Shown: positions 27,484 through 37,268, counted from the stretch's first letter. The stretch: DNA of 64,000 nt from Candidatus Latescibacterota bacterium (GCA_965248265.1 CBDFJF010000002.1:2190699-2254698), one strand, 5' to 3'. A program made the numbers and translations. Notes: generated from the letters alone by a model not told the origin.

Positions 27484-28011
27484 TCAATCGCCCGGCAGTT
27501 CGATTCCGAGCGCGGTCAGCTGTTCCTCCACCTGCCGAGCCCAGCCGCGGTTGGCTGCCGGACTCGCCGGAGAGGGATGCAGGATGCCGCCGACCTCGAC
27601 GTCGCCGACCACGTTCCGGGCGCGGATCTCGCCGAATTTGCCGACGCCGAGCACGTGTGAAGGCCGCACGAACTCGACGAGGGCGCAGAGCGTGCGGTCA
27701 CAGACTTCGAACAGGGGATCCCGCTCCGTCACGGGCAGCTTGTCCGGGGTGCGGTTGCGGCCTGAGTCTTCCAGAAAGGCGAGGGGGCAGTAGTTCCACA
27801 TGAAAAAACGCGCAAAGAACGATTCGGGCGACCCGAAGCGATCGCAGGCCCAACCCCACAGCCGTTGCCCGCTCACCTCGCTGCGCCCACAATCGAAACC
27901 CTCGATCGGGCGTTTGGGGTGCTCCGATCGAGGCCGGCGCACGCCATCGCGGATGCCGAGCCAGTCCCGCACGAGCCCGACCTCACCGAAAGGCACGCCC
28001 GTCTGAGCCAT
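27484..28011 (-). CDS. SMUG1-family uracil-DNA glycosylase homolog, apparently lacking the N-terminal GMNPGP catalytic motif
   Basis: MAQTGVPFGEVGLVRDWLGI...HPKRPIEGFDCGRSEVSGQRLWGW...FFMWNYCPLAF...GRNRTP...HPSPASPAANRGW aligns almost residue-by-residue with eukaryotic/bacterial SMUG1 from its MAQTGVPFGEV block to the HPSPRNPQANKGW block. There is an in-frame TGA 19 codons upstream of the ATG and no alternative start, so the region that would carry the essential Asn motif is absent. Confidence 0.6.
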   Translation of the reverse strand: MAQTGVPFGEVGLVRDWLGIRDGVRRPRSEHPKRPIEGFDCGRSEVSGQRLWGWACDRFGSPESFFARFFMWNYCPLAFLEDSGRNRTPDKLPVTERDPLFEVCDRTLCALVEFVRPSHVLGVGKFGEIRARNVVGDVEVGGILHPSPASPAANRGWARQVEEQLTALGIELPGD

Positions 28012-28364
28012 CGGTCCAACCTCGCACGTCTCTGTGCCAGCGCGCGCACGTGCTCGATGATTGTATCAGTTAGCACACGTCGGTGTGTATGACTCGTCAC
28101 GCTGAGGCAATCCCCCCTCCAACGATCGTTTCCCGGGCCCGCCGTGATCTATGGGCTCACTTCATCCGCAGAATCCGGCTTGCGGGCGCCACGTCCAGCA
28201 GGCCGCCTGCTCTGAGCAGCCTGTGTTGCGTGCGATAACTGTCTCGTGGAGTCGTTCGTCTCGTCAGCCGACCTGTTGGGGATGCGAGACCTTCGTGTGA
28301 CGGCTCTCGTCGTGCCACCTCTGTGCGACTGCGCCCTGTGACCAATCCGGGACGCCAACGTCGC

Positions 28365-28540
28365 GGCGCGTTTCGTGGGAAAGATTCGGGTAGTCGAGCC
28401 GGCGGGTGGCCGTCAGATTCCCGGTTGCACCAACGAGACACCGTCGCGCTCGAGGGCCGTGCCGTGCACGAGCTCTGCCGAATGCAGCCCACCTTCTCGG
28501 TCGAGACGAACGACGCAGGCTGTCCCCTCGAATGAGACTC
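28365..28540. repeat. Repeat family R1, copy 3 (3' coding end + 3' flank of intact heparinase-like gene)
   Basis: Homologous to 13757-13960 (~80%), and to the core of 6572-6648. Confidence 0.6.
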
Positions 28541-30677
28541 CCTCATGTTCATACGTTCCGCGAGCGGGTGGCGAGCAGTAGAGATCGACGCCGCCATCGG
28601 GAAGGGTGATCGACAACCAGCCGCTGTCCGTCTCCGACAGTGCCTGCACGTGCGGCAAGGAGCCCTTGGCTGCGCAGGCTTCCGAATCGGGGCGCATCGG
28701 CCACAACACAGTCTGAATCATCGTGGGCGTGGGGCCAGACCGCCGGTAGATGACGCACGGCGCCGGCACAGGTCGACCGGCTCCACCAGGCCCGCAGTAC
28801 CAACCCTGCAGGTCCGGTTCCTCGCGACCTTCAACGACTTCAAGCTCCACGTATTCGGGAAGGGCTGGTAGAAAGGCGAGATTGGCTCCTTGTGAGGTTG
28901 TCCGCACCGTGCGTGCGGCCGCGTCAACGGCCACGTCGATCGGCACGAGGTGGAAGAGTTGCTCATAGGTATGGTCGCCGCTTCCCGTAAAGCGGTCGGT
29001 GATTATCCAGTACTCGGGTCCACCGGATTGGCGGGCTTTGACGAAAGCGATGCTGCGGTGATGGACGACCGAATTGCCCGCCGGAGTGCCGTATCCCTGC
29101 TCGTACTCGCCGGCGAGGTAGTCACAGGTTGTGCTGCTGTGCCAGGGATTCGTCAACGGCTCATCAGTCGTTTTCGGTCCGGCAAGCGACCGCACCTGGC
29201 TCTTGCCGTCGACGATGACCGTGTTGTGCGCGCTCGAGCCGTTGAAGAATTCTGTCCACGCCACGTCCCTGGGGTCTTTGCTGTAGCTATGGACGCCGAG
29301 ATCCTCTACGAGCGAGCGCCCGTAGGCCACCACCTCGACGGCCAGTTTACCCTCATGTCCGTGAACGACGCCGAAAGGGCCGACGTCGAAGAAGAGATAG
29401 TTGGTATCAGCGGCCCAGCTCGAGCGCATGATGCCGACCCCAGCCCATGAGTACCAGAACGAGATGTGAGCCGGCGCTTTGCCTCGCTCCCCCGACGTGG
29501 CTACGAAGCGCAGATCGTCGCGCTGTTCGATTTCGGCCATGCGCCTGACATAGGGGAATCCGGATCCGCGCCTGCTGTCCCCCGTCCACACGTAGTTGCC
29601 GTCCGGCTTGGAGGTGAAGGCGAGGAACTCGGCCCGCATTACCATTGCTTGGGACAGGCCCTCCGGCACGGCGAGACCGTTGCCTCTGGTCAGTTTGAGC
29701 GCTTGAAAGACATGCAAGGATGCCCCGGCGACATACCCGTATGAGTTTTCCGTGGATGAGCCGTCGGGGTAGGTCCCGGCGTTGAGATAGTAGTCGGTGA
29801 TCTCCCGGAGTCCGCGTTCGCGCCAACGTGGTGCAGCCTCGAATTCCGGCATGCCGACTCCGATCCATAGCAGCCCGAGGCCGTTGCACATCAGCTGATT
29901 TCCCGGTGCACCGATCACCCCCTCCATCGACTCGGCGCACGGGCCTGAGAGGAAATACTGGATCGTGCAGAAATCGCGCGGCGCCAACTCGTCCCAGGAG
30001 AGGATGAAGGGCATCACCTGCTGGTAGTGGATTGCCAGTTGCATGTCGGGAAGCCACATCCAGTCGCTCTTGCCCGGCAGGTAGACGACATAGTCGGTCG
30101 CCGTCCGGACCAGCTTGGCGACATAGCGCTCGTCGTCCGTGAGCCACCAGGCCTGCGCCAGGGCGCGCTGGAAATACTGGTAGACGAGACTCATCGGCCA
30201 CCGCCTCCCGGCGCCACCCGGCGGTGGATGGTGCTCCCAATCCCACTCCGGTCCGAGATCCTGGACGCCGTCCTCGGGGTGGTAAGGGATGAATACCTTG
30301 TTATCCAACAGCATATCAGCGTGATCGAGCAACGTGAAGTCCGAGCGCTGGAGACCTTCGCTCCGGTCCCATATAGAGCCGCGCTCATTGCTGATATATG
30401 GCCGCACTGCATCCCGATCACGCCAAGTGATCGTGTCCGGGCGGCGGCTCAGGAAGTCCCAATCCGCGGAGCTCGCCTTGACATTCGCCTCGGCTCCCCA
30501 GTCGAGGACGGGTTGCTCTCTCGCGCGGTAGTGCTGGAGGTAGGCCGCTTCGGCGGCTGCATAGTCACCGGCCCCGACCGCTGCGGATACGTCCTCGAGT
30601 CCGGGTGAGTCGAGTCGCATCTGGCCGAACATAGCGACGATGAGAGCATCATCGATTTTGGAGAAAGGCTCTGTCAT
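28413..30677 (-). CDS. heparinase II/III-like family polysaccharide lyase (alpha/alpha-toroid + beta-sandwich)
   Basis: 754 aa. C-terminal domain carries the Hepar_II_III signature GVVHGHEGKLAVEV (H-x-H-x-D/E). Paralog of 48277..50562. Confidence 0.7.
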   Translation of the reverse strand: MTEPFSKIDDALIVAMFGQMRLDSPGLEDVSAAVGAGDYAAAEAAYLQHYRAREQPVLDWGAEANVKASSADWDFLSRRPDTITWRDRDAVRPYISNERGSIWDRSEGLQRSDFTLLDHADMLLDNKVFIPYHPEDGVQDLGPEWDWEHHPPPGGAGRRWPMSLVYQYFQRALAQAWWLTDDERYVAKLVRTATDYVVYLPGKSDWMWLPDMQLAIHYQQVMPFILSWDELAPRDFCTIQYFLSGPCAESMEGVIGAPGNQLMCNGLGLLWIGVGMPEFEAAPRWRERGLREITDYYLNAGTYPDGSSTENSYGYVAGASLHVFQALKLTRGNGLAVPEGLSQAMVMRAEFLAFTSKPDGNYVWTGDSRRGSGFPYVRRMAEIEQRDDLRFVATSGERGKAPAHISFWYSWAGVGIMRSSWAADTNYLFFDVGPFGVVHGHEGKLAVEVVAYGRSLVEDLGVHSYSKDPRDVAWTEFFNGSSAHNTVIVDGKSQVRSLAGPKTTDEPLTNPWHSSTTCDYLAGEYEQGYGTPAGNSVVHHRSIAFVKARQSGGPEYWIITDRFTGSGDHTYEQLFHLVPIDVAVDAAARTVRTTSQGANLAFLPALPEYVELEVVEGREEPDLQGWYCGPGGAGRPVPAPCVIYRRSGPTPTMIQTVLWPMRPDSEACAAKGSLPHVQALSETDSGWLSITLPDGGVDLYCSPPARGTYEHEGVSFEGTACVVRLDREGGLHSAELVHGTALERDGVSLVQPGI

Positions 30678-30924
30678 CGGGTACCGGTCAGGAGATGCTT
30701 TGCCTGAGGGGTTTGAAGCGGATAGTATGATTCCTGGCAGGGGCTTTGTCGAGTGTGATTGGCGCGGTGGCAGATGGAGTTGAGCAGCTCGCTGATTGAC
30801 TGTTTACAGGTGTTTGTTATCAAAACATCGATTGAAGTATGTTGTGATGTATGCGAACCACCTTGGCCATCGACGGTCTGTTCCGGCAGGGCACCCGCCG
30901 AGTAGAAGCAGGAGGAATCAGGTG

Positions 30925-31860
30925 ATGCCCATCTCGATGACGAAGCAGCAGGAGAGAGATTTCGACGAGGAGGGATTCATCATTCTCGAGGACTTTTTGT
31001 CAGAGGACGAGCTGGGCCGACTGTTGTCGGCGGTGGACGAGGTTGTGGCCAAGGGGCGCAAGGCGAAGAGCATGGGTCCCGACGACCCTTTCGCCATTCG
31101 CAACCTGCTATCTCACCACGACGCCTTCCTCGATCTGGTCGACCACCCCCGAATTCTGCCACTCGTCGTCGACGCGATCGGATGGAACATCCAGGTTCGA
31201 ACCACTCACCTCGACTATCGGCCACCGTACCCCGAAAACATCCCGCCTGGCGATATCGGCAGCCCTGACGGAGCGGACAGTCAGGCCGGCTACGCCAATG
31301 TCAACTGGCACCCGGACCTCTCCGGCGATTACTTCTTCGAGGCGCCTTCCCTCGACGGACGACTGCCCTTCATGGAGATCAAGGTATTCTACGTGCTGTC
31401 AGATCTCAGCGAATCGAACCGCGGCAACCTGTGGATGGTGCCGGGCAGCCACAAACGACCGCCGCAGGAACTGCGTGACGGGGACGGCAAGGTCGATCCG
31501 GCCGAAGCCGTGGAATTCAGGCTGTCGCCTGGCTCCGCCGTGCTCTGGCGCACCGCCACCTGGCACTGCGTCGGCCCGAATCTGTCGAATATGATCAGGA
31601 AGATCGTGCACGTGGGTTACCACTACCGCTGGCTCCGCCCCGCCGACTACATCGAGCAGGACCCGAAACTCCTGGAGCGCTGCACGCCGATCCGGCGCCA
31701 GCTGCTGGGCGCCCTGCCCGCGGGTGCCCGTCCGCTGGGCGACGACCCGGACATACAACCACATTCGATGTACTGGATCTCGAAAGATTGGGACGCTGTG
31801 CCGTTGAAGGCCTGGGCTGAGAAACAGGCGGGATTCAAGCAGCCAACGGAGCCCCTCTGA
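30925..31860 (+). CDS. phytanoyl-CoA dioxygenase (PhyH) family oxygenase
   Basis: MPISMTKQQERDFDEEGFIILEDFLSEDEL... ATG at 30925 with an AGGAGG RBS; the track start 30796 is rejected. Confidence 0.75.
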   Translation: MPISMTKQQERDFDEEGFIILEDFLSEDELGRLLSAVDEVVAKGRKAKSMGPDDPFAIRNLLSHHDAFLDLVDHPRILPLVVDAIGWNIQVRTTHLDYRPPYPENIPPGDIGSPDGADSQAGYANVNWHPDLSGDYFFEAPSLDGRLPFMEIKVFYVLSDLSESNRGNLWMVPGSHKRPPQELRDGDGKVDPAEAVEFRLSPGSAVLWRTATWHCVGPNLSNMIRKIVHVGYHYRWLRPADYIEQDPKLLERCTPIRRQLLGALPAGARPLGDDPDIQPHSMYWISKDWDAVPLKAWAEKQAGFKQPTEPL

Positions 31861-31915
31861 TTAGGGCCAAAGGCGCGTATGGTGGCTGCGAAGCGGATGG
31901 GTGGGTGGCACCTGC

Positions 31916-33832
31916 CTACCATCCCCCCAGCGGAGAATTGCCCTGGTGACCGGTGACGTAGTCGATGACGAGCCAGGTCCCCGACGTGACGAAGGCCCCC
32001 AGGATCATCCCCATGAAAAGGTACCGGCTGTGGCTGTAAAGATTGCCGCCGCCATACTTCAGCACCACTACCTTGGTGAGCCAGGCGATGAAGACGCTGA
32101 ACCACATGAACCCGGAGGTAAATACAGTTCCGCTGATGGCCAGACCGAGGGGATGAACCGGCCACCAGGTGACGCGCTGCTGGACGAACATCAACAACCA
32201 CATGACGCCGGCGCCGAATCCGGTAAACAGCCAACCTGCCGCCTCCGTCACCGAGGGCGTCTGGATCATGGCGGCGATGTAGGTCAGGGGAAAACTGGAG
32301 GAATGTTTCCAGAACCAGGGCGACAGGTTGATGCCGCCGCGCGTGTACGACAGGTGGATGACCATCCAACCGGAGGCGCACAGCGTAACGACGACAGCCA
32401 GCATCATCCCCAAGAACGCCGCTCGCCGCTCTCTGCCGATGAACTCGGAGACCATCCTGAGTCCGTTGGCGGCTGCCGCCATCGGGAACGTGACGATGTC
32501 GGCCGTCCACGGATAGGTGTATGCCAGGCCGGTGAGGCCGGCGCCACCCAGCGTCGACGTGCCGAAGCTCGCCATGACAAAATCGGGAGCGATCAGCGGC
32601 GCTCGCAGCAGGGCGACCCCGGCCTCGACGACGATGCGTGTTATGGCCAGAAACAGCAACAACGCCACGGTGAGAAAAACCGGTACGACGAACAGCGGTA
32701 TGCCTGCCGCGTTGAGCCACAAGAGCATGACCGCCAGTCCGGCTAGCAGGCCGAACACGGCGGCCCTGTAAGACAGGATTTCGTCGTCATCCCTCACGCT
32801 GTCGTCACCGGTGAACGCCTTGCGAAGGACATCTCGCAGGTGGGATCGCGCGTTCCACAAGACGAAAAGGGCGAACATCAACATGGCGCCCAGAGCCTGA
32901 TGGGTGAGAAAGGGGGAGCTCGGGTTGCTGAACCATCCGAGTCGCTCGCTGGTCTGGAAACCGACGACGTTGAACAACTCCTGTTCCAGCAAGGTCAGCC
33001 AATAGAAGAGCCAGATTCCCAGCGCGAGAGACTGGTGGATGAAGTAGGAGAAGCCGGTCAACGGGAAGGAAAAGTGCAAGGGGACATTGCGGTCGCGAAA
33101 AACATCCAGGGACGTGGTGAGGTGAACGCTCGGCACGGACGGGAAGTAGCTGCTCAACCCGTTGAGTGTTCCCACGAGGACCGGCAGGGCAAAACCGACC
33201 CACATGACGGTGTTGCGGAAAAACCGCGATTCGCCTGAGGCCATGCGCGCCGGACCGACCAGCTCCATCGCCGTGAGCATCATCGGGTAGGCGAGACGCT
33301 CGCGTTCCATCCATTGCCGGCGCACGATCACGACTACACAGATGGACACGAGATAGAGGGCCAGCAGGAACAGGAGCCACCATGAGAGCGACTCGAGCCA
33401 ACCCCCCCAGGGAATCGATTCTCCGAGTGGCATACCTTCGTAGAATCCCCTGATCAATTGCGGGTCGCTCGGCGCTATCCAGGTGGGAATGTGCGGGTGG
33501 ATGAGGGTCTCCCAGTTGTTCTCAGGGGTCGCGTAGTAGAAAGCGCCAGTGATCATCGGCAGCAGATGCTGGACCAGGCCGAACGTCGGAATCGAAGCGG
33601 AGACGAGCATCATCACGAAGATCAAGGCCAGCTCTTCGCGTTTCAGAGCCAGCTGCCGCGACGCGCGGCGGACGAGCAGGTTGGCCGCCACGAGATAGAA
33701 GAGCAGGAAGAACGCCACCGGGCTGGCGAAGCTGGATGCCATGAAGGTGCCGCGGATGATGTTGCGGGCGTAGGGCGTTCCGGCCCCTATCAGGAGGCTG
33801 AGCAGAGAGCCGATCAGGAGTGCTCTGAGCAT
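31916..33832 (-). CDS. uncharacterised polytopic membrane protein, paralog 2
   Basis: Start MLRALLIGSLLSLLIGAG at ~33832, preceded by GGAGGA that overlaps the stop of the upstream small ORF. Homologous to 21289..23274 along its whole length. The 357-aa alternate-frame ORF 31647..32720 is a GC artifact. Confidence 0.6.
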   Translation of the reverse strand: MLRALLIGSLLSLLIGAGTPYARNIIRGTFMASSFASPVAFFLLFYLVAANLLVRRASRQLALKREELALIFVMMLVSASIPTFGLVQHLLPMITGAFYYATPENNWETLIHPHIPTWIAPSDPQLIRGFYEGMPLGESIPWGGWLESLSWWLLFLLALYLVSICVVVIVRRQWMERERLAYPMMLTAMELVGPARMASGESRFFRNTVMWVGFALPVLVGTLNGLSSYFPSVPSVHLTTSLDVFRDRNVPLHFSFPLTGFSYFIHQSLALGIWLFYWLTLLEQELFNVVGFQTSERLGWFSNPSSPFLTHQALGAMLMFALFVLWNARSHLRDVLRKAFTGDDSVRDDDEILSYRAAVFGLLAGLAVMLLWLNAAGIPLFVVPVFLTVALLLFLAITRIVVEAGVALLRAPLIAPDFVMASFGTSTLGGAGLTGLAYTYPWTADIVTFPMAAAANGLRMVSEFIGRERRAAFLGMMLAVVVTLCASGWMVIHLSYTRGGINLSPWFWKHSSSFPLTYIAAMIQTPSVTEAAGWLFTGFGAGVMWLLMFVQQRVTWWPVHPLGLAISGTVFTSGFMWFSVFIAWLTKVVVLKYGGGNLYSHSRYLFMGMILGAFVTSGTWLVIDYVTGHQGNSPLGGW

Positions 33833-33848
33833 GGGGCTCAGGTCCTCC

Positions 33849-34073
33849 TCACATGATGAATTCGTGCACGTCGTCGAGCCAGGCGAATCCCTCCGCATTG
33901 TCCAACTTGTAGGCTCCACCCATCAAAAAGATCCGATCTTCGGTGGCGGCTGCCGGCATCCAGGCTTTCTTGACCAGCCCCCCTTGCGCGGTACCTACTT
34001 TGGTCTCCAAACTTTGGTTACCGGGCTCGAGACCAAGCAAAGGATGCTGGCCGCTCATGACGTTTGCGAACAT
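33849..34073 (-). CDS. small ORF (74 aa) translationally coupled to membrane-protein paralog 2
   Basis: MFANVMSGQHPLLGLEPG...EDRIFLMGGAYKLDNAEGFAWLDDVHEFIM*. Its TGA stop is embedded in the RBS of the downstream membrane gene. No signal peptide and no recognised family. Coding status is uncertain. Confidence 0.3.
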   Translation of the reverse strand: MFANVMSGQHPLLGLEPGNQSLETKVGTAQGGLVKKAWMPAAATEDRIFLMGGAYKLDNAEGFAWLDDVHEFIM

Positions 34074-34165
34074 AACGATAGGCTTGGATGTGGACGAGCG
34101 TTTCTCTCAGGCACGGGGGCGCCCACAACCGCGTCGCGATCATCGAAAACAGGATCAGCTCTGCC

Positions 34166-35572
34166 ATGACGACGACGCTCTTGTTTGACGACCAGAGACT
34201 CAACCGGCTGCACAACGTGGAGCGAAAGCTCGGACGACCCGAGCGAGTCGAAGATGCGGTCTACCGGGACGAGTACGGCAACACGGCATTCGGCTATCCC
34301 TCGGTGTTCCGGCATGAGGAAAGCGGCATGTGGCGCATGGTGTACCAGACTGCCCTCACAGGCCAGGGCGGGCTGCTGTTTGCCCAGGTCATAGCCGAGA
34401 GCAAGGACGGCCTCGAGTGGCGACCGCTGGACACGACCGCACAGGTCGATCTGCCGGAGCGGCAGGTGCCGCACCAGATTGTGCCGATCCAGGATCAGAA
34501 GGAATGGGCCTCGTGCTTCGTCGACCACCGAGCCGGCGCCGAGGAGCGCATCAAGGCGTTCGAGACTACATTTCCGGAGGGTGTCGCCGGAGGTGGGCTT
34601 GCCTTGTTGCTCGTGTCACCCGACGGCATCCGCTGGACGCCCAAGAGTGATGGCGCCTGGCAGCAACCGACAGGCGATCCCGGCGTCTTTGCATTCTGGA
34701 ACGAGGTGCGTCAGAGTTACGTCATCCACACCCGTCCCGAGGTCCTCGACCGGCGCGTAGCCGCCGTGGAGACCGTGGACTGGCGCAACTACTCGGAGCC
34801 GGAACTCGTCATACATCCGGACGGACTCGATGCGCCCCTGACCGAGCCCTACGGCATGCCGGTGTTTCCGTACGAGGATTACTTCATCGGTTTGCTGTGG
34901 CTGTTCCACACGGTGCCCTGGGACCCGGCGATCCGCCGGTTTCGCGGCGGTCACATGGACTGCCAGCTCGCTTACAGCCTCGACGGCTGGCACTGGCAGC
35001 GCGGACTCCGCGAACCGTTCATCCCCAATGGCGCCCCCGGAGAGCCTGATTCCGGATGCGTCTACCCAGGTTCGGTTGCTGTCCAGGACGATGGCTCTCT
35101 CCTCATCTACGCGTCGGCGTGCACGCACGAGCACGGGGTGCCGCCCGACGGCGCGGGTTCCATCGTCGTCTACCGCTTGCGCCGCGACGGTTTCTGCTTC
35201 CTGGAGAGCGGCGGCGGGGCCGGTCTGGTCGGGATACGACCGGTGTATTGGCGCGGCGGGGAGGTCGAACTGAACGTCTCGTGCCAGGGCGGCCAGGTGC
35301 GGGCGCAGATCACCGATCAGATCGGCACCCCGATCGAGGGCTTCACTTTCGAAGACTGTCAGCCCTTCTCCGGCGACGACACCGCATGGACTCCGGTCTG
35401 GCAGACCGGGAAGAAGCTCGATTCGCTCACGGCTCAGTTCATCCGCGTGGAGATCGAGCTCGACAGTGCCCGCCTGTACGCCGTCCGAGGTGACTATATC
35501 AAAACGCTGCCGAGAGACATCGCCCGCCACAGGCAGTATGGCGACATTCCAGCTGACAGAATCGGTTGGTAG
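34166..35572 (+). CDS. GH43/GH130-like five-bladed beta-propeller glycosidase family protein
   Basis: MTTTLLFDDQRLNRL...GYPSVFRHEESGMWRMVYQ...AESKDGLEWRP.. Paralogs at 46788..48272 and pseudogene 16762..17376. The exact GH family is not resolved. Confidence 0.55.
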   Translation: MTTTLLFDDQRLNRLHNVERKLGRPERVEDAVYRDEYGNTAFGYPSVFRHEESGMWRMVYQTALTGQGGLLFAQVIAESKDGLEWRPLDTTAQVDLPERQVPHQIVPIQDQKEWASCFVDHRAGAEERIKAFETTFPEGVAGGGLALLLVSPDGIRWTPKSDGAWQQPTGDPGVFAFWNEVRQSYVIHTRPEVLDRRVAAVETVDWRNYSEPELVIHPDGLDAPLTEPYGMPVFPYEDYFIGLLWLFHTVPWDPAIRRFRGGHMDCQLAYSLDGWHWQRGLREPFIPNGAPGEPDSGCVYPGSVAVQDDGSLLIYASACTHEHGVPPDGAGSIVVYRLRRDGFCFLESGGGAGLVGIRPVYWRGGEVELNVSCQGGQVRAQITDQIGTPIEGFTFEDCQPFSGDDTAWTPVWQTGKKLDSLTAQFIRVEIELDSARLYAVRGDYIKTLPRDIARHRQYGDIPADRIGW

Positions 35573-35611
35573 CCGGAGCGGAGCCATTCGTATTCGTGTG
35601 AGGATCAAAAC

Positions 35612-36550
35612 ATGCTGACAGCTAAAGAGCTACACGACAGGCTGCGTGGTCCCGTCGTTGCCATGACGACTCATTTCATGGACGATTATTCGCTTGACTT
35701 AGACGCCATGAAGCGGCTGACAGAGTTTTACATCGAGCAGAAGGTTCCCACAGTCATCGTCACTGGTAGTACGGGCGAGTATGGTGCCCTGACGGACGAT
35801 GAGCGCCACCGGGTCCAAAAGACCGTCATCGATACGGCCCAGGGTAGCGGCATGACCGTGATCGCGGGTGCTTCGGCCATGGCGTCACTGCAGTGCGTCG
35901 AACTGACGAAGTATGCCGAAGGCGCCGGTGCCGACGGAGTGATGATCACCCCACCGCTGGCAGCGACCTGCGGTGCCGGCTTCCCCGCGATCCAGCATCA
36001 TTACGATACGGTGACCCGCGCTACCGACATCGGGATCGTCATCTACTTCAGCGGGGCCGTCCTATGGCAGGTGCAGGACGTGATCGCCAACCCCGGGATG
36101 ATGTTGCAGTTGGTGGAATCATGCAACGGACATGCCGGCGGGTTCAAGGATGGCTCGGGGAATTACACGTTTTACCGAAGCCACAGCGGCCTGCTAGCCG
36201 GAAAGGTGGCGACGATGGGCAGCAATGGAATGAGGTACTACCTGTGGGGATTCGATTTCGGTTCGCCCTGCTTTCTGACCGGTCTTGGAAATATCTGGCC
36301 GAAATGGGAAATCGATTTCTACCAGCACCTCGTGGAAGGCCGCCGCGCAGAAGCGTTGAAGATTGTGAAACAGCAAGACATTCCCTATGCCGATGTCACC
36401 ATAGGAACCAAGCGATATTGGTCCTGCGTCAAGGTGCTTCAGGAGATGGTGGGTCTGCCCGGCGGCCCCATGCGGCCACCCCTCATGGATTGCACTCCCG
36501 AGCAACGAGATGCGCTGCGCAAAGTGTGTACCGAGGCCGGTTTGATGTAG
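35612..36550 (+). CDS. dihydrodipicolinate synthase/N-acetylneuraminate lyase (DapA/NAL) family aldolase
   Basis: ...VIVTGSTGEYGALTDDERHRVQK... class I aldolase TIM barrel. 312 aa. Confidence 0.75.
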   Translation: MLTAKELHDRLRGPVVAMTTHFMDDYSLDLDAMKRLTEFYIEQKVPTVIVTGSTGEYGALTDDERHRVQKTVIDTAQGSGMTVIAGASAMASLQCVELTKYAEGAGADGVMITPPLAATCGAGFPAIQHHYDTVTRATDIGIVIYFSGAVLWQVQDVIANPGMMLQLVESCNGHAGGFKDGSGNYTFYRSHSGLLAGKVATMGSNGMRYYLWGFDFGSPCFLTGLGNIWPKWEIDFYQHLVEGRRAEALKIVKQQDIPYADVTIGTKRYWSCVKVLQEMVGLPGGPMRPPLMDCTPEQRDALRKVCTEAGLM

Positions 36551-36603
36551 CTGCAACGCGAGGGCACCGCAGTGACCGGCGTCGCTGTTGGATGAACGTT
36601 GCT

Positions 36604-36700
36604 TCAGTTTCCAACAGGCTCAGCAACGTGCCCGAAGGTTTGCCCAAGTCGTGAGATCGCATCCAGCGGAAGCGGGCCTTTCTCAATGTGCACGTCTTCT
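36604..36700 (-). pseudogene. 3'-terminal remnant (~30 codons) of an aldo/keto reductase gene
   Basis: ...SSEDVHIEKGPLPLDAISRLGQTFGHVAEPVGN* matches the C-terminus of the intact AKR at 40729..41697 (EEDVQIIEKGPLPPAAISRLGQTFGHIAEPVGN*). Nucleotide homology extends ~30 nt past the stop (36575-36700 versus 40690-40815). Confidence 0.65.
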
Positions 36701-36789
36701 GAGCTGATAGGACGCCCTGCGTTGAGTTTGAAGCGGGTGCTGCATATCGGCTCGTACCAGACCGCCTGGGCGATGCTACACCGGCTGCT

Positions 36790-36920
36790 CGGTGACGGAT
36801 AGCAACGATTAGGGACCATTACCGATAGACCAAACCGGCGGTTGAGGGCTGCGTTGGGGCGATCGAGGTGTGGGTGGGATGGTTTGGCGGGGGATGAGTG
36901 TCGTGGTCGGGCGACGACCC
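36790..36920 (+). repeat. Repeat family R3, copy a (~130 bp)
   Basis: ggatagcaacgat...ccattacc.atag.ccaaa.cggcggttgag.gct...ggtgtgggtgggatggtttggcgggggatg.gtgtcgtggtc.ggcgacgac is ~85% identical to 39908-40040, in the same orientation. Confidence 0.7.
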
Positions 36921-37067
36921 TCACCCGCCCCCGCAAGCCCAAAGTACCCATCCCGTCCATCACAAAAGCTCAGATTTTCATTCAACACCAAGCCGCGCGG
37001 GCGATCTTGACTACCTGTAACGGGCCCTTATCGTTCTTATCCGTGATAGTCGAGACGAGCCGTGTAG

Positions 37068-37268
37068 CGGTGGCGGCGGGTCGAGCGGGCTTACAGCTAC
37101 TGCGCCAGCAACGACCCTCGTGTCCACTGCGGGTTGGGAGCCGCGACGGTGGTGGACAAGGTCACCGTGTACTGGTCGGACGGCACCACGAGCGAATTCG
37201 GACCTCTCGAGGTCGACGGACTCACGTCCTCCACCGAGACTAGGAGCCTGTCCGAGTATTCGCTTTGA
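37068..37268 (+). pseudogene. C-terminal remnant of an ASPIC/UnbV (CRTAC1-like, FG-GAP) domain protein
   Basis: ...RAYSYCASNDPRVHCGLGAATVVDKVTVYWSDGTTSEFGPLEVDGLTSS...* matches the UnbV_ASPIC C-terminal consensus (SGYLSQ.D.RLHFGLG.AT.VD.VEVRWPSGTTQ...). It starts right after an in-frame TAG, and only ~65 codons remain. Confidence 0.55.
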
